This document shows, one piece after another, positions 36,125 through 48,400 of a DNA stretch of 64,000 bases. The stretch's first letter is position 1; each line of letters begins with the position of its first letter. The DNA lies in contig NC_086097.1 of NCBI RefSeq assembly GCF_963921235.1, positions 32,118,001-32,182,000 on the forward strand, given 5' to 3'. A program made the position numbers and the translations under genes. Below the pieces are notes generated by a model. It was not told where the DNA came from, searched no databases, and saw only the letters and a list, made by a program, of their open reading frames with translations. Source of the stretch: Mobula hypostoma (taxonomy: Eukaryota).

Positions 36125-37327
36125 TCTATGCAAGGGAATAAACAGTCAAGGTTTCAGGCTGAGGCCCTTTGGCAGGAATGGAAAGAAAATGGGAAGAATC
36201 CAGAATAAAAAGGTGAGGGAGGGGGAAGAAATACAAACTGGCAGGGGATAGGTGAGGGGGAGATGGGTGGATGGAGGGAGAGGTGAAATAAGAAGCTTTG
36301 GGGGGGTGGTGATAGGTGGAAGAGGTACGGGGGTTGAAGAAGGCGGCATCTGATAGGAGAGAGAAACAAGAAAAAAAATCTGCAGATGCTGGAAATCCAA
36401 GCAAGACACACAAAATGCTGGAGGAACTCGGCAGGCCAGGCAGCATCTATGGAAAAGAGCGCAGTCGACGTTTCCAGCCGAAACCCTTCGGCAGGACTGG
36501 AGAAAAAAAAGCCGAGGAAGTAGATTTAAAAGGTGGGGGAAGGGGAGAGCGAACCACCAGGTGATCGGTGAAACCTGGAGGGGAGGAATGAAGTAAAGAG
36601 CTGAGGAGTTGATTGGTGAAAGAGAGAGAAGGCCATGCAAGAAAGAAAAAGGGGGAAGGAGAACCAGAGGGAGGCGATGGGCTGAGATAAGGTGAGAGAG
36701 GGAATCGGGGATGGGAAATGGTGAAAGGGGGAGGGATTCGGGGAGCATTACCAGAAGTTTGAGAAATTAACGTTCATGCAATTAGGTTGGAGGCTACCCA
36801 AACAGAATATAAGGTGTTGTCCCTCCAACCCAAGTGTGGCCTCATCATGACAGTGGAAGAGACCATGGATGGACATATCGGAATGGGAATGGGAAGTGGA
36901 ATTATAATGGGTGGCCACTAGGAGATCCTGTTTGTTCTGGCAGACAGAGCGTAGATGCTCGGCGAAGTGGGTCTCACCGCTATAGAGGAGGCCACACCGG
37001 GAGCACCGAACACAGTAAGTGACCCCAACAGACTCACAGGTGAAGTGTCACCTCACCTGGAAGGACTGTTTAGGGCCCTGGATGGTAGTGAGGGAGGAGG
37101 TGTAGGGGCAGGTGTGGCACTTGTTCCGCTTACAAGGATAAGTGCCAGGAGGGAGATCATTGGGGAGGGACAAATGGACAAGGGAGTCGCGTAGGGAGCA
37201 ATCCCTGCGGAAAGCAGAAAGTTGGGTAGAGGGAAAGATGTACTTAGTGGTGGGATCCTGTTGGAGGTGGCGGAACTTTCAGAGAATTATGTACTGGACG
37301 CGGAGACTGGTGGGGTGGTAGGTGAAA
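36125..37327 (-). mobile_element. Penelope-like element 3' part with tandem terminal repeats; core-mutated hammerhead motifs at 36142-36178 and 36462-36499
   Basis: Homologous to 2645-3702 on the opposite strand; cores read CTGCCAA and CTGCCGA instead of CTGANGA. Confidence 0.8.
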
Positions 37328-37906
37328 TGGATCCATTTCACATAAGTCTGCTCTTACCCCATCTTCCTGCCACCCTACCAGGGATAGAATTTCTCTCGTC
37401 CTCCACAACTTCTGACACTGGGAGGGGAAGTAATCCGATAGGAGAGGAGAGCGGACCATGGGGAAAAGGAAGGAGGAGGGGTACCAGAGCGAGGTGAGAA
37501 AAGAAGGGGAACCAGAACATGGAATGGAAAAAGAGGGTAGTGGGAGGGGGAGAAATCTGACAGGAGAGGAGAATGGACTCCTTTCCTCCCTCCACCCAGT
37601 CTTCCAACTCCAAGCACAACATCTTCACTGCAGAGTGTTTGGTCACCGGCTGAATGCCACGTGGATACTTGCTGTGTGGGAGATGGACAGAACTGTTGCC
37701 CATTAGGACAATGGGCTTGCACCAGGTCTTTCCTAACGCCGGTGCTGTGGACGGGGAGGGTTCGCACTGATACAGGAGATTCTGCAGACGTTGGAAATTT
37801 TGAGCAACACATACAAAAAGCTGGAGGAACTCAGCAGGTCAAGCAGCACCTATGGAGAGGATTAAAGAGTGAATGCTTTGGGCCAAGATCCTTCATTCAC
37901 ACTGAC

Positions 37907-38103
37907 CAGTTCCACTGCTCCAGTAACGTCTCCATGCGGAGTAACTCCTGGTGGAGTCGGTTCCTCAGGGAGAGCCAAGCATCCTCCAGGGCACGGAGAT
38001 GGGCCTCTAGCTCAGGGTTGTCCACCACCTCCAGTAGGGTCCTCCCGCTCCTCAGTGCCTCCTCCATCCTCGGCCAGCTGTCCGCAAGACTCTCCCGGAT
38101 ATG
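37907..38103 (-). CDS. SYNE2: Nesprin exon (HIRESLADSW...LLEQWN), 65 aa plus split codon
   Basis: Acceptor accctgcag, donor GTCAGT, phase 0/2; TG plus G of the next exon gives Trp. Confidence 0.9.
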
Positions 38104-38684
38104 CTGCAGGGTCACAGAGAGCACGGCATTGATGGAGGGCAAGCTGGGGGTGAGGGGGAGGGGAAGAGGGAGAGCAAGGGGGAGGGAAGAGGGAGCCTCC
38201 TACCAAGCTCTGGATGAACAAGTCCCCACTGGTTCACTCCTTCCCCAGACATCTTCCAAACCCACAACCTTTCCCACATCCTCCCTCAACCAAGGAAAAG
38301 GACAATAGGGGAACCCCTGGTACCCCTCCCAGTCACACACCACCCTGTCCTGGGAAGTATATCCTTGGTCCCTCCTCCTTATTGAGTCTACACCCTGCAA
38401 AACCCTTCCCAACGCCTGTATCTATGAGGAGTGTGGTGGTTCAGAGGTGGCTCTCCCTCATCTTCTCAAGGGGCAGTTAGAAAGTTGCAATAAATACTGG
38501 TCTTCCCAGCAACCACTTCAGCTCAGGGCTCTCCACCAACTCCAGTTCCTCAGCACCTCCTCCATCCTCACCCTTTGCCCCTGTGATCCCCATCCATAGA
38601 GCTGTCTTACGACATGCGCTGGGTCCTTAGCCCCCAGACGCTTTTCCTCCAGCAGCACTCTGGTCCCAAAACATCACTAAGTTT

Positions 38685-39210
38685 AAGACCATAAGACAGA
38701 AGCACAGAATTGGTCTGCTCTGCCATTCAATCATGGCTGATTTATCCTCCGTCTCAAACCCTTACTCCTGCCTCCTCCCCATTGCCTATTACACCTTTAA
38801 TAATCAAGAAACTATCAACCTCCTTTTTAAATATACCCAATGACTTGGCTGCTCGTGGCAATGAATTTCACAGATTCGCTGTCCTGTGGCTAAAGAAATT
38901 CCTCCTCATCTCTTTTCTAAAGGAACATCCTTCTATTTTTGAAGCTGTGCCCTCTGGTCCTAGACTCCCCCATGACAGGAAACATTCTCTCCACATCCAT
39001 TCTATTGGACTTTTCAATATTCGTTAGGTTTCAATGAAATTCACCTCATCCAGAGCCGTCAAATTTTTTACACCTCTAAAAGGTCCCCCCTCGTTCTCCT
39101 AGGCTCCAAGGAATTAAAACCCAGCCTGGCCAACCTCTGCCTATAACTCAGGCCCTTGGTCAATCTTCTCTGCACGGTCTCCAGTTTAACTAGGTCTTTC
39201 CCACAACAGT
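38685..39210 (-). mobile_element. CR1 3' fragments
   Basis: Matches the CR1 fragment at 600-866 plus 7282-7400. Confidence 0.7.
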
Positions 39211-39240
39211 CTCCTATGCAGCCCCATCAATGCGACTGAC

Positions 39241-39372
39241 CTGAAGGGTGCCGATGACTTCAGCCACGTGCTCCTTCGTCTCCTCCACCAGCCCGACGGA
39301 CGGTAGCCGGGAGCTCAATGTCTCTACCTCCTCTGTCAGAGCCTCCTGCTCGGCCTCCAGCTCAGCCCAGAC
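39241..39372 (-). CDS. SYNE2: Nesprin exon (VWAELEAEQE...LPSVGLVEETKEHVAEVIGTLQ), 44 aa
   Basis: Acceptor gatcggaag, donor GTCAGT, 132 nt; LPSVxLVEET motif recalled from nesprin-1/2. Confidence 0.88.
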
Positions 39373-39464
39373 CTTCCGATCAGAGGGGAGAAATTGGCAC
39401 ATGGCCAGTAAGCTGGCAAAGTGAGTCCAGCCACACGCTTCACTGCAGCACCAACTCCAAAAAC

Positions 39465-39770
39465 TGTGATGGCCACAGTAACGTAGCTTTTACCACAATC
39501 GCTTATTAGTGTCAGTGACCACTGTCTGGGGTTCAATCCCCACTGCCGTGTAAGGAGTTTGGATGTTCTCCCCATGACCACATGGGTTTCCTCCAGGTGC
39601 TCCGGTTTCCTCCCAAATTCCAAAGACGTACAGGTTAGGGTTAGGGTTGTGGCATGCACGTTTATAGGTTGGCCCCAGAACATCCTCGGACTATATCAGT
39701 CATTGATGCAAACAACACATTTCACTCATGCTTTGATGTACATATGACAAACAAAGGTAATCTTTTTTTA
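39465..39770 (+). mobile_element. V-SINE (HE1-like)
   Basis: B-box GGTTCAATCCC plus V-domain-like core. Confidence 0.72.
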
Positions 39771-40534
39771 AACCTTAATCCAGCACAAGTCATGGAGTAA
39801 TACAGCACAGAAACAGGCCTTTCAGCCCATCTCATCCATGCCGACCTTTGTGTCCATCTGCACCAATACCATTGGCCCACATTAGGAGAAAGCTGCCTTG
39901 AGGGGGAAACATCCCTCAAAGATCCCCACCATTCAGGCCACACCATCTTTGCACAGCCGCCATCGGGCAGGAGGTACAGAAGCCTTAAGTCCCACACCAC
40001 CAGGTCCAGGAACAGGCATTTCCCTTCAACCAGTCAGTTCCTGAATGTTACATTATGGCGTATGTGGTCACCTGGCAGAGGGCTGCCTCAGAGCTCCAGC
40101 TGTGTGCATCTGCCTTCCTGCATCCATCTCCTCCAGGTGCCCCAGCTTCCCTCTACATTAAAACTGGCATCTTAGTTCAGATCGTGCCTTGTCTGTGGAT
40201 GAGCGGTAACGCGCACACGAAGTTCTGGAGATGTTGAGCAGGTCAAGCAACATCTATAAAGGGGAATAAATGGTTGACATTGCACCTTTTGTGTGAGTTG
40301 CTCAAGATTTCTGACAGCTGCAGAATCTCATGTTTAAGATGAGTGGTAAGATCTTGCCGCTGCTGATGGAATGCTATGGGAAAACCTAGCAGGAAAATGG
40401 GATTACTCTGTAAGCGAGCAGGGACTCGATGGGCTGAATGGCCATATTATAAACAAGTGTGGCAGACAGTTGTGGACCACCCAGCACAACTGTAGTCACG
40501 GTAGTTTAGCCATACGTCATAGTGTATGGTGTTA

Positions 40535-40805
40535 ATATAGTAGCATAATAACACAGTTTGTGTCAACAACCAACACAGTCTGATGATGTGCTGAGGGCAG
40601 CCCACAAGAGACACCGTGCTCCCCACAGCAACGTAGTATACACACAACTTTCAAACCCTAACCTATACTGTACATCTTTGGAATGTGGGAGGACACCCAC
40701 ACGGTAATTGGAGAGCATACAAACTCCTTACAGACAGTGGTGGGAATTGAACACCAATCACTGGCGTTATAGAGCTTTATGCTAACAGTTACACTACCAT
40801 TCTGC
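40535..40805 (-). mobile_element. V-SINE (HE1-like)
   Basis: Reverse-complement copy of the same family. Confidence 0.65.
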
Positions 40806-41015
40806 CAACCGTCCCACAGTACCAACCTCGGTACTGACCCTCCCACAGAACTGACACCCCCCACGGTACCGACCCTCCCATGGAACAGACTCTCCCACGG
40901 TCCCGACCCTCCCACAGAACCGACCTTCCCTCAGTACCGCACCCCCCACCACCACCACGGTACTGACCCTCCCACAGAAGCACCGCCCTCTCCTACAGTA
41001 CGACCCTCCCACACC
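40806..41015. repeat. Short degenerate minisatellite (ACGGTAC(T/C)GACCCTCCCACAG)
   Basis: Several diverged units next to the donor of exon 41092-41265. Confidence 0.7.
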
Positions 41016-41091
41016 GTGTGCTGCGTGCCTGGGTGCAAGCCATGTGGAAGGCTGCGTCGTGCCTGTGTGTTGTGGTGGGACAGGTCCTCAC

Positions 41092-41265
41092 CTGGAGTGC
41101 GGTCTCCATGTGCACCCCCCACCTGAGGGCCTGCGACTGTATCTCCACGTGCCTGTTCACCAGTTCCATCCACCTCTCCTTGTGCCTGGCAATCACCCGC
41201 TCTGGAACCGCCATGGAAAACTGCTCGGCAGCACTCACGTGACCCTCCAGCCTCTGGAAAAAGAG
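41092..41265 (-). CDS. SYNE2: Nesprin exon (LFFQRLEGHV...METALQ), 58 aa
   Basis: Acceptor ctcctgcag, donor GTGAGG, 174 nt, phase 0/0. Confidence 0.88.
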
Positions 41266-41389
41266 CTGCAGGAGGGAGAGAGGGGTTATCGCGGGAGGGC
41301 AGTAGAAGCTCACAGTGCCCCCGACCTTCAGACCATGCAGCCACATGCCACCGACCTTACCCCAGAACTCAACTGACCCAACTCATTCC

Positions 41390-41882
41390 AACTAGAAGAG
41401 CACAGAGAAAATTTACAAAGATGTTGCCAGGACTTGAGGACCTGAATTATAGGGAAAGGTTGAATAGAATAGGACTTCATTCTCTGGAGTGTAGGAGAAT
41501 GAGGGGAGATCTGATAGAGATATACAAAATTATGAGGGATACGGATATGGTAAATGCAAGCAGGCTTTTTCCTCTGAGGTTGGGTGAGACTAGAACTAAG
41601 GGTCATGGGTTAAGGGTGAAAGGTGAAATATTTAAAGGGAATATGAGGGAGAACTTCTTCACTGAGAGGGTGGTGAGAGCATAGAACGAGCTGCCAGAGG
41701 AAGTGGTGTTTGCAGATTTGATTGCAACATTTAAGAGAAGTTTGTATAGGTACATGGATGGGAGGGGTATGGAGAAGTATGGTCCAGGTGAAGGTCAATG
41801 GGACTAGGCAAAATAAGAGCTTGGCATGGACTAGATGGGCCAAAGGATCTGCTTCTGTGCTGTTCTGCTCTATGACTATGAC
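41390..41882 (+). mobile_element. CR1 3' fragment
   Basis: ORF 41421-41684: MLPGLEDLNYRERLNRIGL...MRGDLIEIYKI. Confidence 0.85.
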
Positions 41883-42089
41883 ACCCTGCGTGTCTCTGTG
41901 TGAGTAGTTGTCCTTCAGGTGCCTATCAAATCTCTCCCCTCTCATCTTAAACCTGTGCTCTCCAGTTCTTGATTTCCACTTCCTGAGAGAAGAAAACTCT
42001 GTGCATTCACCCTATTATGCCCCTACTGGATGTATACACCTCAGTTTCCCAGGCTCCAAAGAATGAAGACCCAACCTACCCAAATTCCT

Positions 42090-43110
42090 ACCACTCCATC
42101 AGCCTCTGCATCTAACTCGCCATCCTCCGCAATGTCCATCATCTCCACAGGGATCCTACCACTGAACATATCCTTACCCCTCCCACTCCCTGCTTTCCAC
42201 TGGGATCACTCCCTCCATGATTCCCCTATCCATTTGCCTATCCCCACTAATCTCTCTCCTGGCACTTAATCCTGCAAGCGACCCAAGTGCTACACCTATC
42301 TATTAACCTCCTCCCTCACCTCCAGCAGAGCCCCAAGTTGTACTTCCAGGTGAGGCAACACTGCACATGCAAATCTGCTGTGTCCGACGCTACTGATGTG
42401 GCCTCCTCTACATTGGCGAGTCCCATCGTAAATTGTGGGACTGCTTCATCAAACACCTCCGGGACTTCCCGGTGGCCAAATATTTTAGTTCCGATTCCCA
42501 TTCCTGTTCTGACATGCTGGTCCAGGGCCTCCTCTTGTTCCTAGATGAGGCCTCCCTTGGGGTGGAGGAGCAACATCCTATATTCCATTCGCGTAGCCTC
42601 CAACCTGATGTCGCGAATATCAATTTCTCCTTCTGGTAAAATTTTTTTTCCCTCTTCCTTCCCTCTTCTTCCGTACCTCACTCTGGCCTCTTACCTCTTC
42701 TCACCTGCCTATCTCATCCCCCAGGTCCCCTCCTCCTTTCCCTTCTCCTATGGTCCACTCTCCTCTCCTGTCAGATTCCTTCTTTTCCAGCCCTTTACCT
42801 GTCCTACCCACCTGGCTCCACCTATCATCTTCTGTCTACCCTCCTTCCAGCCACCCCCCCCCCACCTTTTTATTCTGGTGTCCTCCCCCTTCCTTTTCAG
42901 TCTTGAAGAAGAGTCTCGGCCTGAAACATCAAATGTTTGTTTCTTTCCATAGATGCTGCCTGACCTGCCAAGTTCCTCCAGCAAATTGTGTGTGTTACAC
43001 TATAACTCAGTGTCATGAAGAAGGGCACGGCCTGAAACATTAACTGTTTGTTCCCCTCCATAGATGCTGCCTGACCTGCTGAGCTCCTCCATCATTTTGC
43101 ATGTCTTTCT
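42090..43110 (+). mobile_element. Decayed Penelope-like element 3' part with two terminal repeats
   Basis: Colinear with 2645-3702; degenerate hammerhead motifs near 42898-42935 and 43008-43046. Confidence 0.75.
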
Positions 43111-43452
43111 CTATAACTGAGCCCTCGAATCCTGGCACACTCAATGCCAGGAACAGCTTCTCCTCCCCCAGATTTCTGAACAGTCCGTGAACCACGAACA
43201 CCACCTCATTATTCATCTTTTTCATGATTTATGTATTTTGTAACATACAGTTTGTGACATGCACTGTAAACAAATTTCAAGTCACGGTGTGCCAGTGATA
43301 ATGAACCTGATTCTGATTCCCATTTCCCCATGATTCTTCTCTGCATTCTTTCAGGCTAAATTTTAACTTCCTTATAACAGGTGTCCAAAACTGACCGCAG
43401 TAGACCATGTGCAGCCTCACCAACGACTCATACAGGTGCTACATAACCTCAA

Positions 43453-44040
43453 ACAACACACACAAGATGCTGGAGGGACTTAGCAGGTCAGGCAGCATTG
43501 ACAGAAAGGTCCACATTTCCGGCCAAGACCCTTCATCCACACTGGAAAGGAAGGGGGAAGAAGCCAGAATAAGAAGGTGCGGGGAGGGGTGGAGTACACG
43601 CTCTCAGGTGATAGGTGAGACAGCTGGTGGGTAAGTTGGGGGGGGTGGGGGAGGATGAAGTGAGAAGCTGGGAGGTGATAGATGGAAGAGGTTGAGGTCT
43701 GACGAAGAAGGAATCTGCTAGGAGAGGACAGTGGACCGTGGGAGAAAGGGGAGGAAGAGGGGAGACAGAAGCAGGTGATGAGTAGGTAAAGAGAAGAAAC
43801 AGGACAAAGGCAGAACCTGCATGGGGAATGTAAAAAAAGAGAAGGGGAGGAATTACTGGAAAACAATGTTCATGCCATCAGGTTGGAGGTTACCCAGACA
43901 GAGTATGAGGTGTTGCTCCTCCAACCTGAGTGTGACCTCGTCATGGCAGTAGAGGAGGTCATGGACCGACATGAGGGAATAGGAAAGAAAAGTTGAATCA
44001 AAATGGTTGGCCGCGGAAATCCTGACTTCTGTGGCAGATT
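43453..44040 (-). mobile_element. Decayed Penelope-like element 3' part
   Basis: LEEQHL..LGNLQPDGMN remnant and terminal repeat on the minus strand. Confidence 0.72.
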
Positions 44041-44175
44041 CTCCTTCTGTGTCTTATGGTCTTATAAAGTGAAGGTGTTCACAAAGTCTATACCATCTAC
44101 AGGCCACTATGCAATAATTCAACAAACTCGTCAGACCAAACCTGCCAAGCCCACCACCTCTATCAGGACATAACG

Positions 44176-44982
44176 TCCCCCTCTCCCCATCACCCCTCCA
44201 ATCCCCTCCCCCTCTCCCCATCACCCCTCCCCTCCCCCTCTCTCCATCACCCCTCCAATCCCCTCCCCCTCTCCCCATCACCCCTCCCCTCCCCCTCTCT
44301 CCATCACCCCTCCAATCCCCTCCACCCCTTCCCTCCCCCCACTCCATCACCCCTCCAATCCCCTCCACCCCTCCCCCTCTCCATCACCCCTCCAATCCCC
44401 TCCCCCCTCTCCATCACCCCTCCAATCCCCTCCCCCTCTCCCCATCATCCTTCACCCTCTCCCCCTCTCCCCTCCCCCTCTCCCTCTCTCCATCACCCCT
44501 CCCCTCCCCCTCTCTCCGTCACCACTCCAATCCCCTCCTCCTCTCTCCATCACCCCTCCAATCCCCTCCCCCTCTCCCCATCATCCTTCATCCTCTCCCC
44601 CTCTCCCCTCTCTCCATAACCCCTCCCCTCCCCCCACTCTCCATCACCCCTCCAATCCCCTCCCTCTCTCTCCATCACCCCTCCAATCCCCTCCCTCTCT
44701 CTCCATCACCCCTCCAATCCCCTCCACCCCTCCCCTCCCCCCACTCTCCATCACCCCTCCAATCCCCTCCCCCTCTCCCCATCATCCTTCACCCTCTCCC
44801 CCTCCCCTCTCTCCATCACCCCACCCCTCCCCCTCTCCCCATCACCCCTCCAATCCCCTCCCTCTCTCTCCATCACCCCTCCAATCTCCTCCCCCTCTCC
44901 CCATCACCCCTCCAATCCCCTCCCTCTCTCTCCATCACCCCTCCAATCCCCTCCCCCTCTCCCCATCACCCCTCCTCTCCAA
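44176..44982. repeat. C/T-rich degenerate tandem repeat (CCATCACCCCTCCAATCCCCTCCCCCTCT)
   Basis: About 800 bp almost free of G on the plus strand. Confidence 0.9.
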
Positions 44983-45032
44983 TGTATAATGGAGACACGG
45001 CCAGGATGACAGTAGTGACTCGAGGGAGGTAC

Positions 45033-45233
45033 CTTGTATCGCTGCAGGTGGGTCTGTAGTTCACTGATGCTCCGGAACAGAAGAGGTTCATCTGGGCTAG
45101 CAGTCACCTGCTCGCTCTCCAGTAGGGAGGCAAGACCTTGCAGGAGCCCTTGGTGCTGACGTCCCAGCAGCAGGCAGTGCTGAATCTCCCTCCTCTGCTC
45201 GCCCACCCATGTCCAGCTGTCCTCCAGTGCCTC
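45033..45233 (-). CDS. SYNE2: Nesprin exon (EALEDSWTWV...LQRYK), 67 aa
   Basis: Acceptor ccctgaag (tandem AAG/GAG, so the start could shift 3 nt), donor GTACCT, 201 nt. Confidence 0.8.
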
Positions 45234-45624
45234 CTTCAGGGCAGAGCAATGGCAGGTCAGAGACCAGGACTGGGAGGTCATAGGTCATGGGTCACGTTCT
45301 GGAGTTTCACCAGACCACGTTACCTGGTTTAGGGAGACGGGGAGAGGGGAAGAGGAGAAAGGGGGAGGGCAGAGAGTGTGGGGTGGATGGAGAGAGAAAC
45401 GGGAAGAATCGGATGGGGAGTGCGAGGTGGTGATGTTGGGGAGGGGGCTTCTGAGTCTAGTGTTGGTGTGGGTGATTGTCAATGCTCCTTCTGCCCAGGC
45501 TATAGGGAATGGGATTGGGAGTGGGGTCGGGATGGGACTGGGAGTCGGAATGAGATGGAGACACAGTGCGGGGGTGGGGGTGGTTGAGGAAGGGGCAGGG
45601 TTATCCCGTCACTAGCGTCTGTAC

Positions 45625-45744
45625 CTCCAGCACGTTGACCTCCTGCTCCCAGCAGGGACCTGCATTCCACCGATCCATCGTGCCCCGCAGCTCCAGCAGA
45701 CTCCCTTCTAACCGGAGCAGCTCAGCCGCCAGCCCCTCCACCAC
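45625..45744 (-). CDS. SYNE2: Nesprin exon (VVEGLAAELL...EVNVLE), 40 aa
   Basis: Acceptor ctgtcgcag, donor GTACAG, 120 nt, phase 0/0; too short for the ORF track. Confidence 0.75.
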
Positions 45745-46405
45745 CTGCGACAGGGCGGAGAGATGGGCGTCAGTGGGGAAGGAGGAGGGTAGGTCGGAGA
45801 AAGGGGGTTAGAGAAAGAGCGAGGGGGAGGAGGGGGTGGGGAGACGGGCATGGAGAGAGGGGGAGGAGGGGGCAGGGAGAAATGGAATGCAGGGAGAGAG
45901 GGGGTGGAGGGGTAGAGAGGGGAGACAGGAGAGAAGGGGCGGAGAGAGAGGGGGCGTACAGGGAGGGGGGAGAGGGGAGTAAGGGGGGAGAGAGAGGGGT
46001 ACAGGGTGAGATCTCGTTATTTCTCAGAGTTGCAACTTCTCCATTCACTATAATAATCAAATTCTCTCTACTACAACATTGATATTGAAAAATTCTTATG
46101 CTCCCCACCCCCATCACTGTAGCTATGAGATTCAGACACACAACTCAAGCAGACAGAATTTTGTCTGAAACCCAATTCGAGCATCTCCTGTGTCTGGCCT
46201 GTCACGTGGCTGGCCGGGTACAGTTGGCATTGAGTGAATCGTCCACCACTCACTGGCTCCAAGTCATTCTGAATGCAGGGAGTGGGCAACACATTGATAC
46301 ACCCGGCCCACACGGCTCTCAGGGAAGTAACCGTGATTACCAGTGGCCCTGCAGACATGACGCCCAGCCCTCAGCAGGAAGAATACTCGGCAGTTTAAAG
46401 CAGCT

Positions 46406-46629
46406 CATAAACACAAAATAATCTGCAGATGCTGCAGTCAAAGCAACACTCACAACACGCTGAAGGAACTCAGCAGGTCGGGCAGCATCCGTGGAAAAGA
46501 TTGGTCGACCTTTCGGGCCAGAACCTGACGAAGAGTCCTGACGAAGGGTTCCGGCCTGAAACGTCGGACGATCGTTTCCACGGATGCTGCCCGACCTGCT
46601 GAGTTCCTCCAGCGTATTGAGAGTGTTGT
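46406..46629. mobile_element. Fold-back (head-to-head) PLE terminal-repeat element with a central hammerhead core (46535-46569, +)
   Basis: Inverted arms about 46443-46509 and 46563-46629; CTGACGA 46538-46544, GAAA 46558-46561, CGTC; 12-bp duplication TTTAA(A/G)GCAGCT. Confidence 0.8.
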
Positions 46630-46757
46630 TTTAAGGCAGCTTCTCCCCCTCCACCATCAGATTTCGGAACAGTCCATAATCATTGTCTCACTGTTTTACC
46701 CTCATTTTGCACCAATTATTTTGTCATATATATTGTTGTTGTGATTTATAATCTACA

Positions 46758-48400
46758 TCAAAAAAAGATTTTGGAACGAAAATTGGTAATGCCTGAAACA
46801 CATATAAAAATTTTGGCAAAAAAAACATCTTAACCGCATTAATACGACCAATCAAAGTTAAATATAAGGGAAACCATTTAGATGAAAGTTGAGTAATATG
46901 GTCTATTAATGGTAAAAAGTTAGTCTTAAATAAATCTTTGTATTTACAAGTAATTTTAATCCCAAGATATGAAAAGTAATTATTAATCAATTTAAATGGA
47001 AATTTATAATATAGGGGAAGATGTTTATTAATCGGAAAAAGTTCACTCTTACTAAGATTTAATTTATAACCTGAGAAAAGACCAAATTGTGCTAATAACT
47101 CTAAAACAGCAGGAATGGATCTCTCAGGATTAGAAATATATAAAAGTAAATCATCAGCATAGAGTGATAATTTATGGGACTTTAATCCCCGAGTTATCCC
47201 AGTAATATTTGAAGATTCTCGAATAGCAATTGCAAGAGGTTCTAATGCAATATCAAATAATAGGGGACTAAGAGGACAGCCTTGTCGAGTACCACGAAAG
47301 AGAGGAAAAAAAGGTGAGTTTAAAGAGTTAGTACGAACCGAGGCTACAGGGGAGTGATATAACAGTTTAATCCAGGATATAAATTTCAAACTAAAATTAA
47401 ACATTTCAAGCACCTTAAATAAATAAGGCCATTCTACTCTATCAAAAGCTTTCTCGGCATCTAAAGAAATAACACACTCAGGAACATTTTGTGAGGGAGT
47501 ATAAACGATATTTAACAATGTACGAATATTATAAAAAGAGTAACGACCTTTAATAAAACCCGTTTGGTCTTCCGAAATAATAGAAGGAAGTACTTTTTCT
47601 AGTCTATTTGCTAATAACTTAGAAAAAACTTTAGAATCAACATTTAATAAAGATATTGGTCTATAAGATGCACATTGAGCAGGGTCTTTATCCTTCTTTA
47701 GTATTAGAGAAATTGATGCTCTATTAAAAGATTCAGGAAGTTTACCAAGTTTCAAAGAAGCCTCAAAAACCCTACCGAGCCAAGGGATCAATAAAGAAGC
47801 AAAACATTTATAAAATTCAACGGTAAACCCATCAGGGCCAGGAGCTTTCCCCAGATTCATAGAAAAAATAACATTCTTAATCTCATCCATTGTGATGGAA
47901 GTATCTAATAAAGAAGACATATCCTGTGAAATCTGAGGGAAGTCTAACTTATCTAAAAAATCATTCATATATTTAGAATCTCGAGGAGACTCTGATTGAT
48001 ATAAAGAAGAATAAAAATCACAAAAGGTTTGATTAATCCCCACATGATCCAATATCAATCGATCATTTTGGTTATAAATCTGATTGATTTGAGATTTAAC
48101 ATAATTAGATTTCAATTGATTAGCCAGCAGCTTGCCAATTTTGTCACTGTGAACATAAAAGTCACTTCTTGTTTTCTTTAATTGGTTTACAATCGAGGAC
48201 GAGAGTAGTAAACTGTGTTCCATTTGAAGTTCAGTTCTTTGTTTGTATAGCTCCTCAGAAGGAGCCATAACATATTTCTTATCAATTTCTTTAATCTTGT
48301 CCACAATTGCCATCTCCTCCTGCTTCTGTTTCTTCCTCAAAGCAACAGAATACGAAATAATCTGACCCCGAATATAGGCTTTAAAAGTATCCCAAAGAGT
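46758..48400 (-). pseudogene. L1 ORF2 RT domain (inverted segment)
   Basis: KAPGPDGF, SYRPISLLN, SLDAEKAFD, RGTRQGCPLSP, LYADD, YLGI; open throughout. Confidence 0.9.

Noticed and set aside
37661..38308. 215-aa plus-strand ORF (likewise 12788-13162, 28761-29198, 32136-32558)
   Set aside because: Antisense shadows of GC-rich nesprin exons plus repeat sequence.
39634..39646. TTAGGG telomere-like hexamers (also near 55765)
   Set aside because: Only one or two units, and they are part of the V-SINE body.
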